The notes below the pieces were generated by a model. That model was not told where the DNA came from. It made no database searches and saw only the letters and a list, made by a program, of their open reading frames with translations. Below are positions 9,857-19,040 of a stretch of DNA of 33,256 bases, in pieces. Both the position numbers and the translations under genes were made by a program. The DNA lies in the sequence record SRR20825006_2360, one strand, 5' to 3'. The first letter of the stretch is position 1; every line of letters begins with the position of its first letter.

Positions 9857-11155
9857 CTATTTGATATCTAAAGCGGTGGAAACTTTGCGCATTTTAGCCT
9901 TGATTTCGGCAAATCCCGGATTATGAATGCTACCTATGTGGGTATGATTTTTTCCGGCCTCAGGCTTGTACGTCCCATCTTGTACCTGGCCTCCTATTTG
10001 TTGATAAGCCTCTCTAAACGATTTACCTTCCACTACCAGATCGTTAATGCTATCAACAGTAAAGAGGTATTTATACTTCTCATCATTTAGGTCAATTTCT
10101 TTAACGATCACCTGACCAATCGCATAATCAAAGATCTCTAAAATATCCTTGATGCTCTCAACCGCGCTTATCGTATTTTCCTTCAATAATTGATAATCTC
10201 TGTGATACCCGCTGGGCAAATTATTAGTAATTAGTACCATTTCGGTACTTAAGGATTGAATCTTATTACACTTCCCACGAATTAACTCAAAAACATCAGG
10301 ATTCTTTTTGTGCGGCATAATACTGCTTCCTGTTGTTAGATGCTCAGGGAAACTCACAAAGCCAAAATTCTGGCTCATATACAAGCACACATCCATCGCA
10401 AAACGAGACAGTGTGTTGGCTAAACTTCCTAAGGTCGAAGCCAGTGTACGCTCGCTTTTACCGCGCGCCATTTGCGCTGCAACCACGTTATATTTCATTG
10501 TGGCAAAACCCAATTCTTTGGTCGTCATCTGGCGATCTATAGGAAACGAACTTCCGTAACCTGCCGCAGAACCCAGTGGATTTTGGTCAACAATATCTTG
10601 AGTCGCATTGATCAATATTACATCGTCGATCAATAATTCGGCATACGCTGTAAACCAAAGACCAAAACTGCTAGGCATTGCAACCTGTAAATGCGTATAG
10701 CCCGGCAACAACTTATCTTTATGCGTCTCACCAAGATGCATTAAGGTTTCAAATAAAGAAACCGTACGCGCTTTAATTTGCTGTAATTGTTCTTTGTAAT
10801 ACAATTGAAGCGCTACCAAAACTTGATCGTTACGTGAGCGCGCCGTGTGTACTTTTTTACCGGTATCGCCAAGAATAAGCGTTAATTCTGCTTCTAGTTT
10901 AGAATGAATGTCTTCATATTCAGGCTCTATAAAGAAATCCGGATTTTGCGTATGCGCTTCTAAAATATCAAGCTGCGGAAGCAAACTTTTTAATTCCTCA
11001 TCGGTAAGAATACCTATTTTATTCAGCATTTTTACGTGCGCGCGTGTCGCTTGAACATCATATTTAGCAATATGCACATCGATCTCACGATCGTTACCCA
11101 CCGTAAAATCGATGATCTTAGTATCTATATCAGCACCTTTATCCCAAAGTTTCAT
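9857..11155 (-). CDS. argH: Argininosuccinate lyase
   Basis: EDIHS, HTARSRNDQV, LPGYTHLQ.AMP, PLGSAAGYG, TGSSIMPHKKNPDVFEL. Confidence 0.96.
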   Translation of the reverse strand: MKLWDKGADIDTKIIDFTVGNDREIDVHIAKYDVQATRAHVKMLNKIGILTDEELKSLLPQLDILEAHTQNPDFFIEPEYEDIHSKLEAELTLILGDTGKKVHTARSRNDQVLVALQLYYKEQLQQIKARTVSLFETLMHLGETHKDKLLPGYTHLQVAMPSSFGLWFTAYAELLIDDVILINATQDIVDQNPLGSAAGYGSSFPIDRQMTTKELGFATMKYNVVAAQMARGKSERTLASTLGSLANTLSRFAMDVCLYMSQNFGFVSFPEHLTTGSSIMPHKKNPDVFELIRGKCNKIQSLSTEMVLITNNLPSGYHRDYQLLKENTISAVESIKDILEIFDYAIGQVIVKEIDLNDEKYKYLFTVDSINDLVVEGKSFREAYQQIGGQVQDGTYKPEAGKNHTHIGSIHNPGFAEIKAKMRKVSTALDIK

Positions 11156-11168
11156 ATCTCGTGTGTTT

Positions 11169-11216
11169 TCATTCCCTAGAAATAGGGAATCTAATTATTC
11201 CGCGAAGGCGGAAATC
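11169..11216. repeat. Tandem pair of REP-like palindromes (ATTCCC-N8-GGGAAT type) between argE and argH
   Basis: ATTCCC-TAGAAATA-GGGAAT (11171-11190) and ATTCC-GCGAAGGC-GGAAAT (11197-11215). Confidence 0.65.
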
Positions 11217-12281
11217 TTAAAGTATACTTTTCAGCAAATCTATATAAATTTCGATTCCTTCTTCAATTTCATTTACATAGATAAATTCGTTAGCACTGTG
11301 TGAGCGTGTGCTATCACCGGGACCCAATTTAAGTGAAGGGCAGCTCAATACCGCCTGATCGCTAAGTGTTGGCGAACCGTAAGTACTTCTTCCTAGCGCA
11401 ATGCCGGCTTTAACCAAATCGTGATCTACCGGAATTGAAGAAGAGTTCAATCGCAAACTACGCGGAATGATCTCGTCGCACGGCGCTTTTTGCTGAAGTA
11501 AATCGGCTATTTCCTTATTGGAATACGCATCATTCACGCGCACATCAACAACCAATTCCACATCAGCCGGAACCGCATTATGCTGCTTCCCTCCTTTGAT
11601 CTGCGTAACGGTCATTTTTACATCGCCCAACGCATCTGAAGATTTTTCAAATTTGAAATTCTTAAACCATTCTAAAACTTCAATACAATTGTAAATCGCG
11701 TTGTTATCGTTAGGATGCGCTGCGTGAGAAGGCGTTCCTTTCACTTTGGCGTCAAACACCACAAGACCTTTTTCAGCAACTGCGAGATTCATCAAGGTAG
11801 GTTCACCCACGATCGCAACATCAACCGGCGGAATCACCTTAAGCATACTGTTCAAACCATTAGGACCACTGCTTTCTTCTTCACCACTGGCAACAATAAC
11901 CAAATTGTACTTTGGATTTTCCTGAGCGTAGAAATAAGTGAAGGTTGCGATTAACGAAACTAAACATCCACCTGCATCATTACTCCCTAAACCATACAAT
12001 TTACCATCTTCTACATCCGGACTGTACGGATCACGTGTATACCCGTTATTAGGCTGCACCGTGTCGTGGTGGCTGTTAAGCAGCAATGTAGTTTTGCCTT
12101 CTTGAAAGTCTTTATTGGTTGCCCAGATATTATTGGCCTGCCTTTTAAAAGGAATATCGTGCGCTTTAAACCAAGCTTCAATTATCGCAGCGGTACCTTC
12201 TTCTTCAGAAGAAAAAGATTGGGTTGCAATCAATTTTTTAAGTAGCTCAATCGCTTCCTGTGTAAGTTGCTCTCTATTCAT
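11217..12281 (-). CDS. argE: M20 metallohydrolase, ArgE-like (N-acyl-ornithine/citrulline deacylase)
   Basis: LLNSHHDTV, LYGLGSNDAGG, SGEEE, VGEPT, HAAHP, HSANE; arg operon context. Confidence 0.88.
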   Translation of the reverse strand: MNREQLTQEAIELLKKLIATQSFSSEEEGTAAIIEAWFKAHDIPFKRQANNIWATNKDFQEGKTTLLLNSHHDTVQPNNGYTRDPYSPDVEDGKLYGLGSNDAGGCLVSLIATFTYFYAQENPKYNLVIVASGEEESSGPNGLNSMLKVIPPVDVAIVGEPTLMNLAVAEKGLVVFDAKVKGTPSHAAHPNDNNAIYNCIEVLEWFKNFKFEKSSDALGDVKMTVTQIKGGKQHNAVPADVELVVDVRVNDAYSNKEIADLLQQKAPCDEIIPRSLRLNSSSIPVDHDLVKAGIALGRSTYGSPTLSDQAVLSCPSLKLGPGDSTRSHSANEFIYVNEIEEGIEIYIDLLKSIL

Positions 12282-13057
12282 TACAGTCTTAAGGTTGTAA
12301 AATTAGCATCTTTATGGTGTAGCATTTCGGGCTTTCCTAAACGTACTTGCTGCACACCGCCTTTTAAAGCGTAAAAACAGTTTTCCATTTTCGGAAGCAT
12401 TCCGTCTGCTATTATTTTTTCTTCTAACAATTCAGCATATTTCGCTGAATCAATATCTTTTACTACTGAAGTATCGTCGTTAATATCGAGTAAAACGCCG
12501 TTCTTTTCGAAGCAATAATTCAATGTAACCTCATAGTTTGTTGAAAGTCCACGTGCCAATTCACACGCGATCGTATCTGCATTAGTATTGAATAACTGCC
12601 CGTTTCCGTCGTGAGTGATCGCACAAAATGCGGGTGTAATCCCAATACTCAAAAGCTTATCGATCATCTCTGAATCTACAGCTACCACGTCACCCACAAA
12701 ACCAAAATCGATTTCCTTGACAGGTCTTTTTACCGATAAGATCGTATTCCCGTCTGCTCCCGAAAATCCAATCGCATTGCAGTTTCTCGCCTGCAAGCCG
12801 GCGACAATGCTTTTATTCACTTTTCCGCCGTAAACCATCGTGATTACTTCAACCGTTTCCGCATCGGTAATTCTACGACCATTCACCATATTCACCGGAA
12901 TTGCTAACCGTTCAGCCAGCTGACTCGCCAGCTTTCCGCCACCGTGCACCAAAATCTTCGGCTCCGGAAGCGCTGCAAAAGCATCTAAAAAAGATTGAAG
13001 ATCTTCTTCTTTCTCGATAATGTTTCCGCCAACTTTGACGATGTTTAGCTTTTTCAT
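12281..13057 (-). CDS. argB: Acetylglutamate kinase (N-acylglutamate kinase)
   Basis: VKVGGN, LVHGGG, GRRITD, GFVGDV, NTNADTIA, GMLPK. Confidence 0.94.
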   Translation of the reverse strand: MKKLNIVKVGGNIIEKEEDLQSFLDAFAALPEPKILVHGGGKLASQLAERLAIPVNMVNGRRITDAETVEVITMVYGGKVNKSIVAGLQARNCNAIGFSGADGNTILSVKRPVKEIDFGFVGDVVAVDSEMIDKLLSIGITPAFCAITHDGNGQLFNTNADTIACELARGLSTNYEVTLNYCFEKNGVLLDINDDTSVVKDIDSAKYAELLEEKIIADGMLPKMENCFYALKGGVQQVRLGKPEMLHHKDANFTTLRL

Positions 13058-13066
13058 TTTCGGCTT

Positions 13067-14017
13067 TTAATTCAGGTTTTCTAATATCTTTTTCAAAACC
13101 ACCTGGGCCGAAAACGTACGGTTGTTTGCCTGTTCGATCACGACAGATTGTGTTCCGTCTAAAACTTCGTCTGCAACAATCACATTACGACGTACCGGTA
13201 AACAATGCATAAATTTAGCATCACCCAGTTTTTTATCGGTAATCGTCCAACTGCTGTGCGAATCTACAGTTGCCAAAACTTTACCGTAATCCTCATAATT
13301 ACTCCAGTTTTTGACATAGACAAAATCTGCATCTTTTAAGGCCTCATCTTGATCATAAACAACGGGCGTATCCTTCATCGTGGCGTCACTGAGTTCATAA
13401 CCTTTAGGATGCGTAACGGTAAGTTCAACATCCATTTTTTGCATCATCCCAATAAACGAATTGGCCACAGCGTGTGGTAATGCTTTAGGGTGAGGCGCCC
13501 AACTCAATACCACTTTTGGCTTTTTCTTTTGAGAAAGCTCCGTGATGGTAATAGCATCTGCCAAGGCTTGTAACGGGTGTGCCGTTGCACTTTCCATATT
13601 AACTACCGGGACTGTAGCGTATTTTACAAAATTGGAGATCACGTATTCTGACTCGTCTTTGTCTTTATCGGTCAAGGTTGGGAAAGCACGCACCGCAATC
13701 ACATCACCGTATTGAGAGATCACTTTGGCCGCTTCTTTCACGTGCTCAGAAGTATCTGCATTCATCACAGTGCCGTCTTCAAATTCTAACTTCCAGGCGT
13801 CGCTGTTAAAGTTCATCACCGTAACATTCATTCCTAGGTTACTTGCTGCTTTTTCTGTACTTAGACGCGTACGCAAACTCGAATTGAAAAACAGCATCAC
13901 CAGGCGCTTGCGCTTTCCTAAATGTTCATATGCATATGGATTTGCTTTTAACGCGCGTGCTTCTGCGATTAATTCCTGTAGATCTGTAATGTCGTCTAAA
14001 CCGGTGTATTTTTTCAT
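13067..14017 (-). CDS. argF: N-acyl-ornithine carbamoyltransferase (ArgF' type; probably N-succinylornithine-specific)
   Basis: FFNSSLRTR (not STRT), HPLQALAD, WAPHPKALPHAVANS, HCLPVRRN are ArgF' signatures rather than canonical OTCase. Confidence 0.9.
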   Translation of the reverse strand: MKKYTGLDDITDLQELIAEARALKANPYAYEHLGKRKRLVMLFFNSSLRTRLSTEKAASNLGMNVTVMNFNSDAWKLEFEDGTVMNADTSEHVKEAAKVISQYGDVIAVRAFPTLTDKDKDESEYVISNFVKYATVPVVNMESATAHPLQALADAITITELSQKKKPKVVLSWAPHPKALPHAVANSFIGMMQKMDVELTVTHPKGYELSDATMKDTPVVYDQDEALKDADFVYVKNWSNYEDYGKVLATVDSHSSWTITDKKLGDAKFMHCLPVRRNVIVADEVLDGTQSVVIEQANNRTFSAQVVLKKILENLN

Positions 14018-14076
14018 TAGTTGATTCCTGTCAAAATGTTAGTTAGCAGCCGAAATCTCTGCTAGATTTATAGTTA

Positions 14077-15210
14077 TTATAAGTTGTTTAATTCTATTTT
14101 AAGTGCTTCAAAAAACTGATCGATATGCTCGTTCTGAACCGTTAATGGTGGAAGAATACGTATCAAGTTTTTGTTTTTTGCACTTCCTGTAAAAATATGC
14201 TGATCGTAAATCAGTTTTTTGCGTAAGGCCGCAGTATCGAAATCAAATTCGATACCCAGCATCAAACCGCGCCCTTTTACCGCTTTGATCTGCGGAATTT
14301 CAGTAGTTTTTGCTTTGAAATGATCTGAAACACGCAACGCATGAGCCATCAAATCTTCTTCTTCTAAAACTTCAAGAACGGTCAAGGCTGCGGTACACGC
14401 CAAGTGATTCCCGCCAAATGTGGTTCCCAGCATTCCATATTCTGCTTTGATCGAAGAGTGAATGAGAATTCCTCCAACCGGAAATCCGTTCCCCATTCCT
14501 TTAGCCATTGAGATCAATTCAGGCTCTACGTTGTATTCTTGAAATGCAAAGAATTTGCCGGTACGGCCAAAACCTGCCTGAACTTCGTCTGCAATAAGGC
14601 AGGTTCCGGTTTCCTTGCATAGTTTATCAACGCCTTCGTAAAACTCAGCAGTGCTGATATCTAAACCACCAACACCTTGAATAAACTCCACGATTACCGC
14701 ACAAACATCACCTTTTGCTAAAACTGCGGCTAAAGCGTCCAGATCTCCAAGTGGTAAAAATTCAACTTCTTGCTGTGCATTTATGGGAGCGACAATCTTA
14801 GGGTTATCGGTCGCGGCAACGGCTGCAGATGTTCTTCCGTGAAAACTGTTATGAAAAGCGACTACTTTTTTTCTTCCGGTAACGAAAGATGCCATTTTCA
14901 GTGCATTCTCATTAGCCTCAGCCCCACTGCTACACATAAATAATTGATAGCCGTGACAATTAGCCTGAAGCGGTAATTTTTCGCCTAAAGCTTCCTGTAA
15001 TGGGTTTTTAACCGCATTGCTATAAAAGCCGATATCGCCCAACTGCTTGGTAAGATTTTCTACATATTTAGGATGTGCGTGACCTATGGAGATTACCGCG
15101 TGACCACCGTATAAATCTAAGTATTTGGTAGGTGCAGCATCATAAACCCAGACGTCCTGAGCTTTAATGGGTGTCACATCATAAAGCGGATAAACATCAA
15201 ATAAACTCAT
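14077..15210 (-). CDS. argD: Acetyl/succinylornithine aminotransferase (class III PLP)
   Basis: YLDLYGGHAV, SGAEANENALK, FHGRT, DEVQAGFGRTG, AKGMGNGFP, TTFGGN. Confidence 0.93.
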   Translation of the reverse strand: MSLFDVYPLYDVTPIKAQDVWVYDAAPTKYLDLYGGHAVISIGHAHPKYVENLTKQLGDIGFYSNAVKNPLQEALGEKLPLQANCHGYQLFMCSSGAEANENALKMASFVTGRKKVVAFHNSFHGRTSAAVAATDNPKIVAPINAQQEVEFLPLGDLDALAAVLAKGDVCAVIVEFIQGVGGLDISTAEFYEGVDKLCKETGTCLIADEVQAGFGRTGKFFAFQEYNVEPELISMAKGMGNGFPVGGILIHSSIKAEYGMLGTTFGGNHLACTAALTVLEVLEEEDLMAHALRVSDHFKAKTTEIPQIKAVKGRGLMLGIEFDFDTAALRKKLIYDQHIFTGSAKNKNLIRILPPLTVQNEHIDQFFEALKIELNNL

Positions 15211-16010
15211 TATTTCTGATCTGTTTTTATAACATTAATTTTATTGAAAGATGCAACCATACCTTGAATCAACGACGAACTCAAGCCTTTGTGTTCCATC
15301 TCGTTCAATCCTTCTATGGTGCAGCCTTTTGGTGTGGTTACACGATCGATCTCTTCTTCAGGATGATTCCCGGAATCGATCAATAATTTGGACGCACCAT
15401 TGCAGGTGTGCATCGCCAATTCTTGTGCTTCTTTAGCATCAAATCCTAATTGAATTGCTGCCTGTGTTGTGGCACGAATTAAGCGCATCCAGAATGCAAT
15501 TCCGCTGGCGCAGACTACTGTTGCTGCTTGCATCTGCTTTTCAGGAATGATCAAGCTGTTCCCTAATCTGTTGAAAATAGCTTCGGCGATCTTAATACGC
15601 TTCATTCCTTTTTCATTACTCGCCAAACACGTCATTGATGCACCAACGGCAATCGCTGTATTTGGCATCGCACGAATGATGAATTGGTCTGTACCCACAA
15701 TATCTTCAATCTGCGAAATCTGATAGCCTGTGATCGTTGAGATCAACACGTGCTTATCGGTCAATTCGTTTTTGATATCGTGTAAAATATTTGCCAATTG
15801 TGCGGGTTGTACTGCAAAAATTAAAATATCAGATTTTTGTACCGCCTCGACATTGTCTGAAGTCACAAACACATTTTTATATTCGGCGTACGCCTCAATT
15901 CCCGCAGGATTACGACGCGTCATATATAACGAAGTGATCGCATTGTTGGTAATTAAACCTTTAGCTATAGAAAGTCCCAAATTACCCGTACCTATGATTG
16001 CTATTTTCAT
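15210..16010 (-). CDS. proC: Pyrroline-5-carboxylate reductase
   Basis: KIAIIGTGNLG, RAMPNTA, ASGIAF, DRVTTPKGCTIEGL. Confidence 0.93.
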   Translation of the reverse strand: MKIAIIGTGNLGLSIAKGLITNNAITSLYMTRRNPAGIEAYAEYKNVFVTSDNVEAVQKSDILIFAVQPAQLANILHDIKNELTDKHVLISTITGYQISQIEDIVGTDQFIIRAMPNTAIAVGASMTCLASNEKGMKRIKIAEAIFNRLGNSLIIPEKQMQAATVVCASGIAFWMRLIRATTQAAIQLGFDAKEAQELAMHTCNGASKLLIDSGNHPEEEIDRVTTPKGCTIEGLNEMEHKGLSSSLIQGMVASFNKINVIKTDQK

Positions 16011-16026
16011 ATGTAATATTTTTTTA

Positions 16027-16049
16027 TCATTTCCATGAAGACGGAAATC
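16027..16049. repeat. Third REP-like palindrome, between argC and proC
   Basis: TC-ATTTCC-ATGAAGAC-GGAAAT-C; same 6-8-6 layout, TC/C flanks and central GAA as 11169-11191. Confidence 0.55.
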
Positions 16050-16070
16050 GTTTAAACGCCTCTCTAAGGC

Positions 16071-17048
16071 TTAGAAATAACTTCCTTTTAAATTCAAGCC
16101 TTCGGTTTGTGGTAAGCCAAAAATCAAGTTCATATTCTCTACCGCCTGTCCTGAAGCTCCTTTTAAAAGGTTATCAATACAACTAGTGATCAATAATTGA
16201 TTTTCATGCTTGTGCAAGTGAATCAGACATTTATTGGTGTTCACCACTTGCTTCATATGAATATCTGAATCGGAAACAAAGGTAAATGGCGCTTCTGCAT
16301 AAAAATCGGTATAGATTTTTTTAATAGCTTCCAGATCACCTTCAAATTTGGTGTACGCAGTTGCGAAAATTCCACGAGAGAAATTCCCTCGATTTGGAAG
16401 AAAGAAAATCTCTTTGTCAAAACCGCTTTGCAAACTTTTAACCGACTGATTGATCTCACCCATATGCTGATGGGTAAACGGCTTGTAATACGAAAAGTTA
16501 TTGTCTCTCCAGGTATAATGCGTTGTTGCTGAAAGTGAGGTTCCCGCACCGGTAGCACCGGTAACCGCATTGATATGAATGTCTGAAGTTATATTTTTTG
16601 AATCTGCTAAAGGAAGTAATGCCAACTGGATCGCAGTAGCAAAACATCCCGGATTGGCAATAGAACCCGCTTGTTTGATCTCGTCTTTATTCAGTTCCGG
16701 AAGGCCGTAAATGAATTCTCTTCCTTGAAACTCAGCGTCTGGTTTTAGCCTGAAATCGTTACTTAAGTCAATAATGATGGTTTCTTCAGAAAACACATTC
16801 TTATCTAAAAATGCAGTTGAATTTCCGTGTCCTAAACACAAGAAAACCACATCAACGTCAAAATCAACCGTGTCTGCAAAACGAATATCAGTACTTCCTA
16901 AAAGGTCCTGATGCACATCGCTCAAAAGATTTCCGGCATTTGAAGTACTGAAAACAAAACTTAGATCAACATACTTATGATTCAGTAAAATTCTGATTAA
17001 CTCTCCTGCCGTATAACCGGCTCCACCAATTATTCCAGCTTTGATCAT
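16071..17048 (-). CDS. argC: N-acetyl-gamma-glutamyl-phosphate reductase
   Basis: GIIGGAGYTAGELIR, IDLSNDFR, YGLPE, IANPGCFATA, DNLLKGASGQAVENMN. Confidence 0.96.
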   Translation of the reverse strand: MIKAGIIGGAGYTAGELIRILLNHKYVDLSFVFSTSNAGNLLSDVHQDLLGSTDIRFADTVDFDVDVVFLCLGHGNSTAFLDKNVFSEETIIIDLSNDFRLKPDAEFQGREFIYGLPELNKDEIKQAGSIANPGCFATAIQLALLPLADSKNITSDIHINAVTGATGAGTSLSATTHYTWRDNNFSYYKPFTHQHMGEINQSVKSLQSGFDKEIFFLPNRGNFSRGIFATAYTKFEGDLEAIKKIYTDFYAEAPFTFVSDSDIHMKQVVNTNKCLIHLHKHENQLLITSCIDNLLKGASGQAVENMNLIFGLPQTEGLNLKGSYF

Positions 17049-18232
17049 GAGTCTCCGTTTACGTGGTTATAAATTTTATTTTGATTCCCGGTGATTTTGA
17101 TAAAGCCTTTAGCATCATCTGCCGTCCAGCCTTTGTTCATCTCACCATACGCACCAAACGAAGCATTCATCAAGTCGTGATCAGATTTTATTCCTTCTAA
17201 AGTGAATCTATACGGCTGAAGCGTTACATACACTTCTCCTGAAACGTTCTTTTGACTATCGGTTAAAAAAGCCTCCAAATTACGCATTGCAGGATCAAGG
17301 TATTGCCCCTCGTGAAGGTGCATTCCATAGAAATTAGATAAATAATCTTTGTGCTGCATTTGCCATTTTGTAAGCGTGTGCTTCTCTAACAAATGATGCG
17401 CTTTTAAAATAATCACAGGTGCAGCAGCTTCAAAACCTACACGACCTTTGATCCCGATAATCGTATCTCCCACATGAATATCACGACCGATACCAAACGG
17501 AGCCGCAAGCTTTTGTAAGGCTTCAATATTTTCTACCGGAGATCCTGATTTGCCATTTACAGCGGTTAGTTCGCCCTTCTCAAAAGTCAAGGTTACTTTT
17601 TCTGCTTCAGACTTTTCTACCTGAGAAGGAAAAGCAGATTCCGGCAAACCTTGGTGTGAAGTCAAGGTTTCACTTCCGCCAACAGAAGTTCCCCATAGTC
17701 CACGGTTTATAGAGTATTGTGCTTTTTCCCAAGACATCTCAACCCCGTGACTTTTTAAATAATCGATCTCCTCCTGACGCGAAAGTTTTAAATCTCTAAT
17801 TGGCGTGATGATCTCGATCTCAGGTGCCAAAGTTTGAAAGATCATATCAAAACGCACCTGATCGTTTCCTGCACCAGTGCTTCCGTGAGCGACATATTCT
17901 GCACCAATAGACTTTGCATAATTGATGATCTCAACCGCCTGAATAATACGTTCTGCACTTACCGAAAGCGGATAGGTATTGTTTTTCAAAACATTTCCAT
18001 AGATCAAATACTTAACTACTTTGTCATAAAAGCGGTCTACCGCTTGTACATTTTTGTAGGTTTTTGCCCCGATTTTTAAGGCTTTAGATTCGATTTCGTC
18101 AATCTCTTCTTGCGTAAAACCACCGGTATTAATGCTTACCGCGTGAACTTCAAATCCTTTTTCTTCTGAAAGGTATTTTGCACAATAACTGGTATCTAAG
18201 CCGCCGCTGTAGGCGAGAACTAATTTTTTCAT
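17045..18232 (-). CDS. argG: Argininosuccinate synthase
   Basis: LAYSGGLDTS, AHGSTGAGNDQVRF, IGIKGRVGFEA; ATGA overlap with argC. Confidence 0.96.
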   Translation of the reverse strand: MKKLVLAYSGGLDTSYCAKYLSEEKGFEVHAVSINTGGFTQEEIDEIESKALKIGAKTYKNVQAVDRFYDKVVKYLIYGNVLKNNTYPLSVSAERIIQAVEIINYAKSIGAEYVAHGSTGAGNDQVRFDMIFQTLAPEIEIITPIRDLKLSRQEEIDYLKSHGVEMSWEKAQYSINRGLWGTSVGGSETLTSHQGLPESAFPSQVEKSEAEKVTLTFEKGELTAVNGKSGSPVENIEALQKLAAPFGIGRDIHVGDTIIGIKGRVGFEAAAPVIILKAHHLLEKHTLTKWQMQHKDYLSNFYGMHLHEGQYLDPAMRNLEAFLTDSQKNVSGEVYVTLQPYRFTLEGIKSDHDLMNASFGAYGEMNKGWTADDAKGFIKITGNQNKIYNHVNGDS

Positions 18233-18279
18233 TTTATTCTATTTATTCTGAAAACGCTCGGTAAGTGAGCCTAAGGTTT

Positions 18280-18945
18280 TTATTCGTCTTTTTTTTTATC
18301 TTTTTTCAAAAACAAGTGTTCTTTGATGCTTTTTAAGCGGGTAAATGCTTTAGGATTTACCTCTTCTTTCTCACGAACTCTTTGATTGATTTTCTCTTCA
18401 ATTTCCTGCTTTTTCTTTTCTTCTTTTTCAGGATCATAAAGCATTCCTGTGCACAAACACATTTTTTGCTCAGTACGTTGAAGAATGTCGTAGTTTCGGC
18501 AAGTTTGGCAACCTTTCCAGAAGGTAGGATCATCTGTCAATTCTGAGAAGGTTACAGGGCGATATCCCAAATCTGAGTTGATCTTCATCACGGCAAGACC
18601 GGTGGTGATCCCAAATACTTTAGCATCAGGATATTTAGCTCTGGAGTGGTTAAAGATCGCTTCTTTGATCTGGCGCGCAAGTCCGCTACCTCTATAATCC
18701 GGATGTACAATTAAACCCGAATTAGCAACAAACTTACCGTGACCCCAAGCCTCGATGTAGCAAAAACCGGCAAATTTCTCACCGTCAAGGGCGATCACTG
18801 CGTTGCCGTTTTCCATCTTGGTAATGACATATTCAGGTGTACGTTTGGCGATTCCGGTGCCGCGTACTTTTGCAGATTCTGCGATGGTATCGCAAATATA
18901 TTGTGCATATCCCGCATGGGATTTGTTAGCAATAATAATTTCCAT
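18280..18945 (-). CDS. GNAT-family acyltransferase, probable Bacteroidota ArgA-like N-acylglutamate synthase
   Basis: GNAT motif A LIVHPDYRGSGLA; RGTGIAKR, FWKGCQTC, CLCTGMLY; first gene of the arg operon. ATG at 18945 preferred over TTG at 18951. Confidence 0.8.
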   Translation of the reverse strand: MEIIIANKSHAGYAQYICDTIAESAKVRGTGIAKRTPEYVITKMENGNAVIALDGEKFAGFCYIEAWGHGKFVANSGLIVHPDYRGSGLARQIKEAIFNHSRAKYPDAKVFGITTGLAVMKINSDLGYRPVTFSELTDDPTFWKGCQTCRNYDILQRTEQKMCLCTGMLYDPEKEEKKKQEIEEKINQRVREKEEVNPKAFTRLKSIKEHLFLKKDKKKDE

Positions 18946-19040
18946 ATTCAATTGAATTGGAAGTTAGAAAAAAGTGAAATTGTAATTTGAATCGAAAGTT
19001 GGAACCGGACTCACCTAAGTTCCCTAAAAATATGCACCCA

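Noticed and set aside
14044-14064. Small hairpin TAGCAG-N9-CTGCTA between argD and argF'
   Set aside because: A 6-bp stem with no U-tract and no second copy; cannot be told from chance.
15210-16010. proC inside the arg operon as a novelty
   Set aside because: As I recall, this arrangement is common in Bacteroidota arg clusters.
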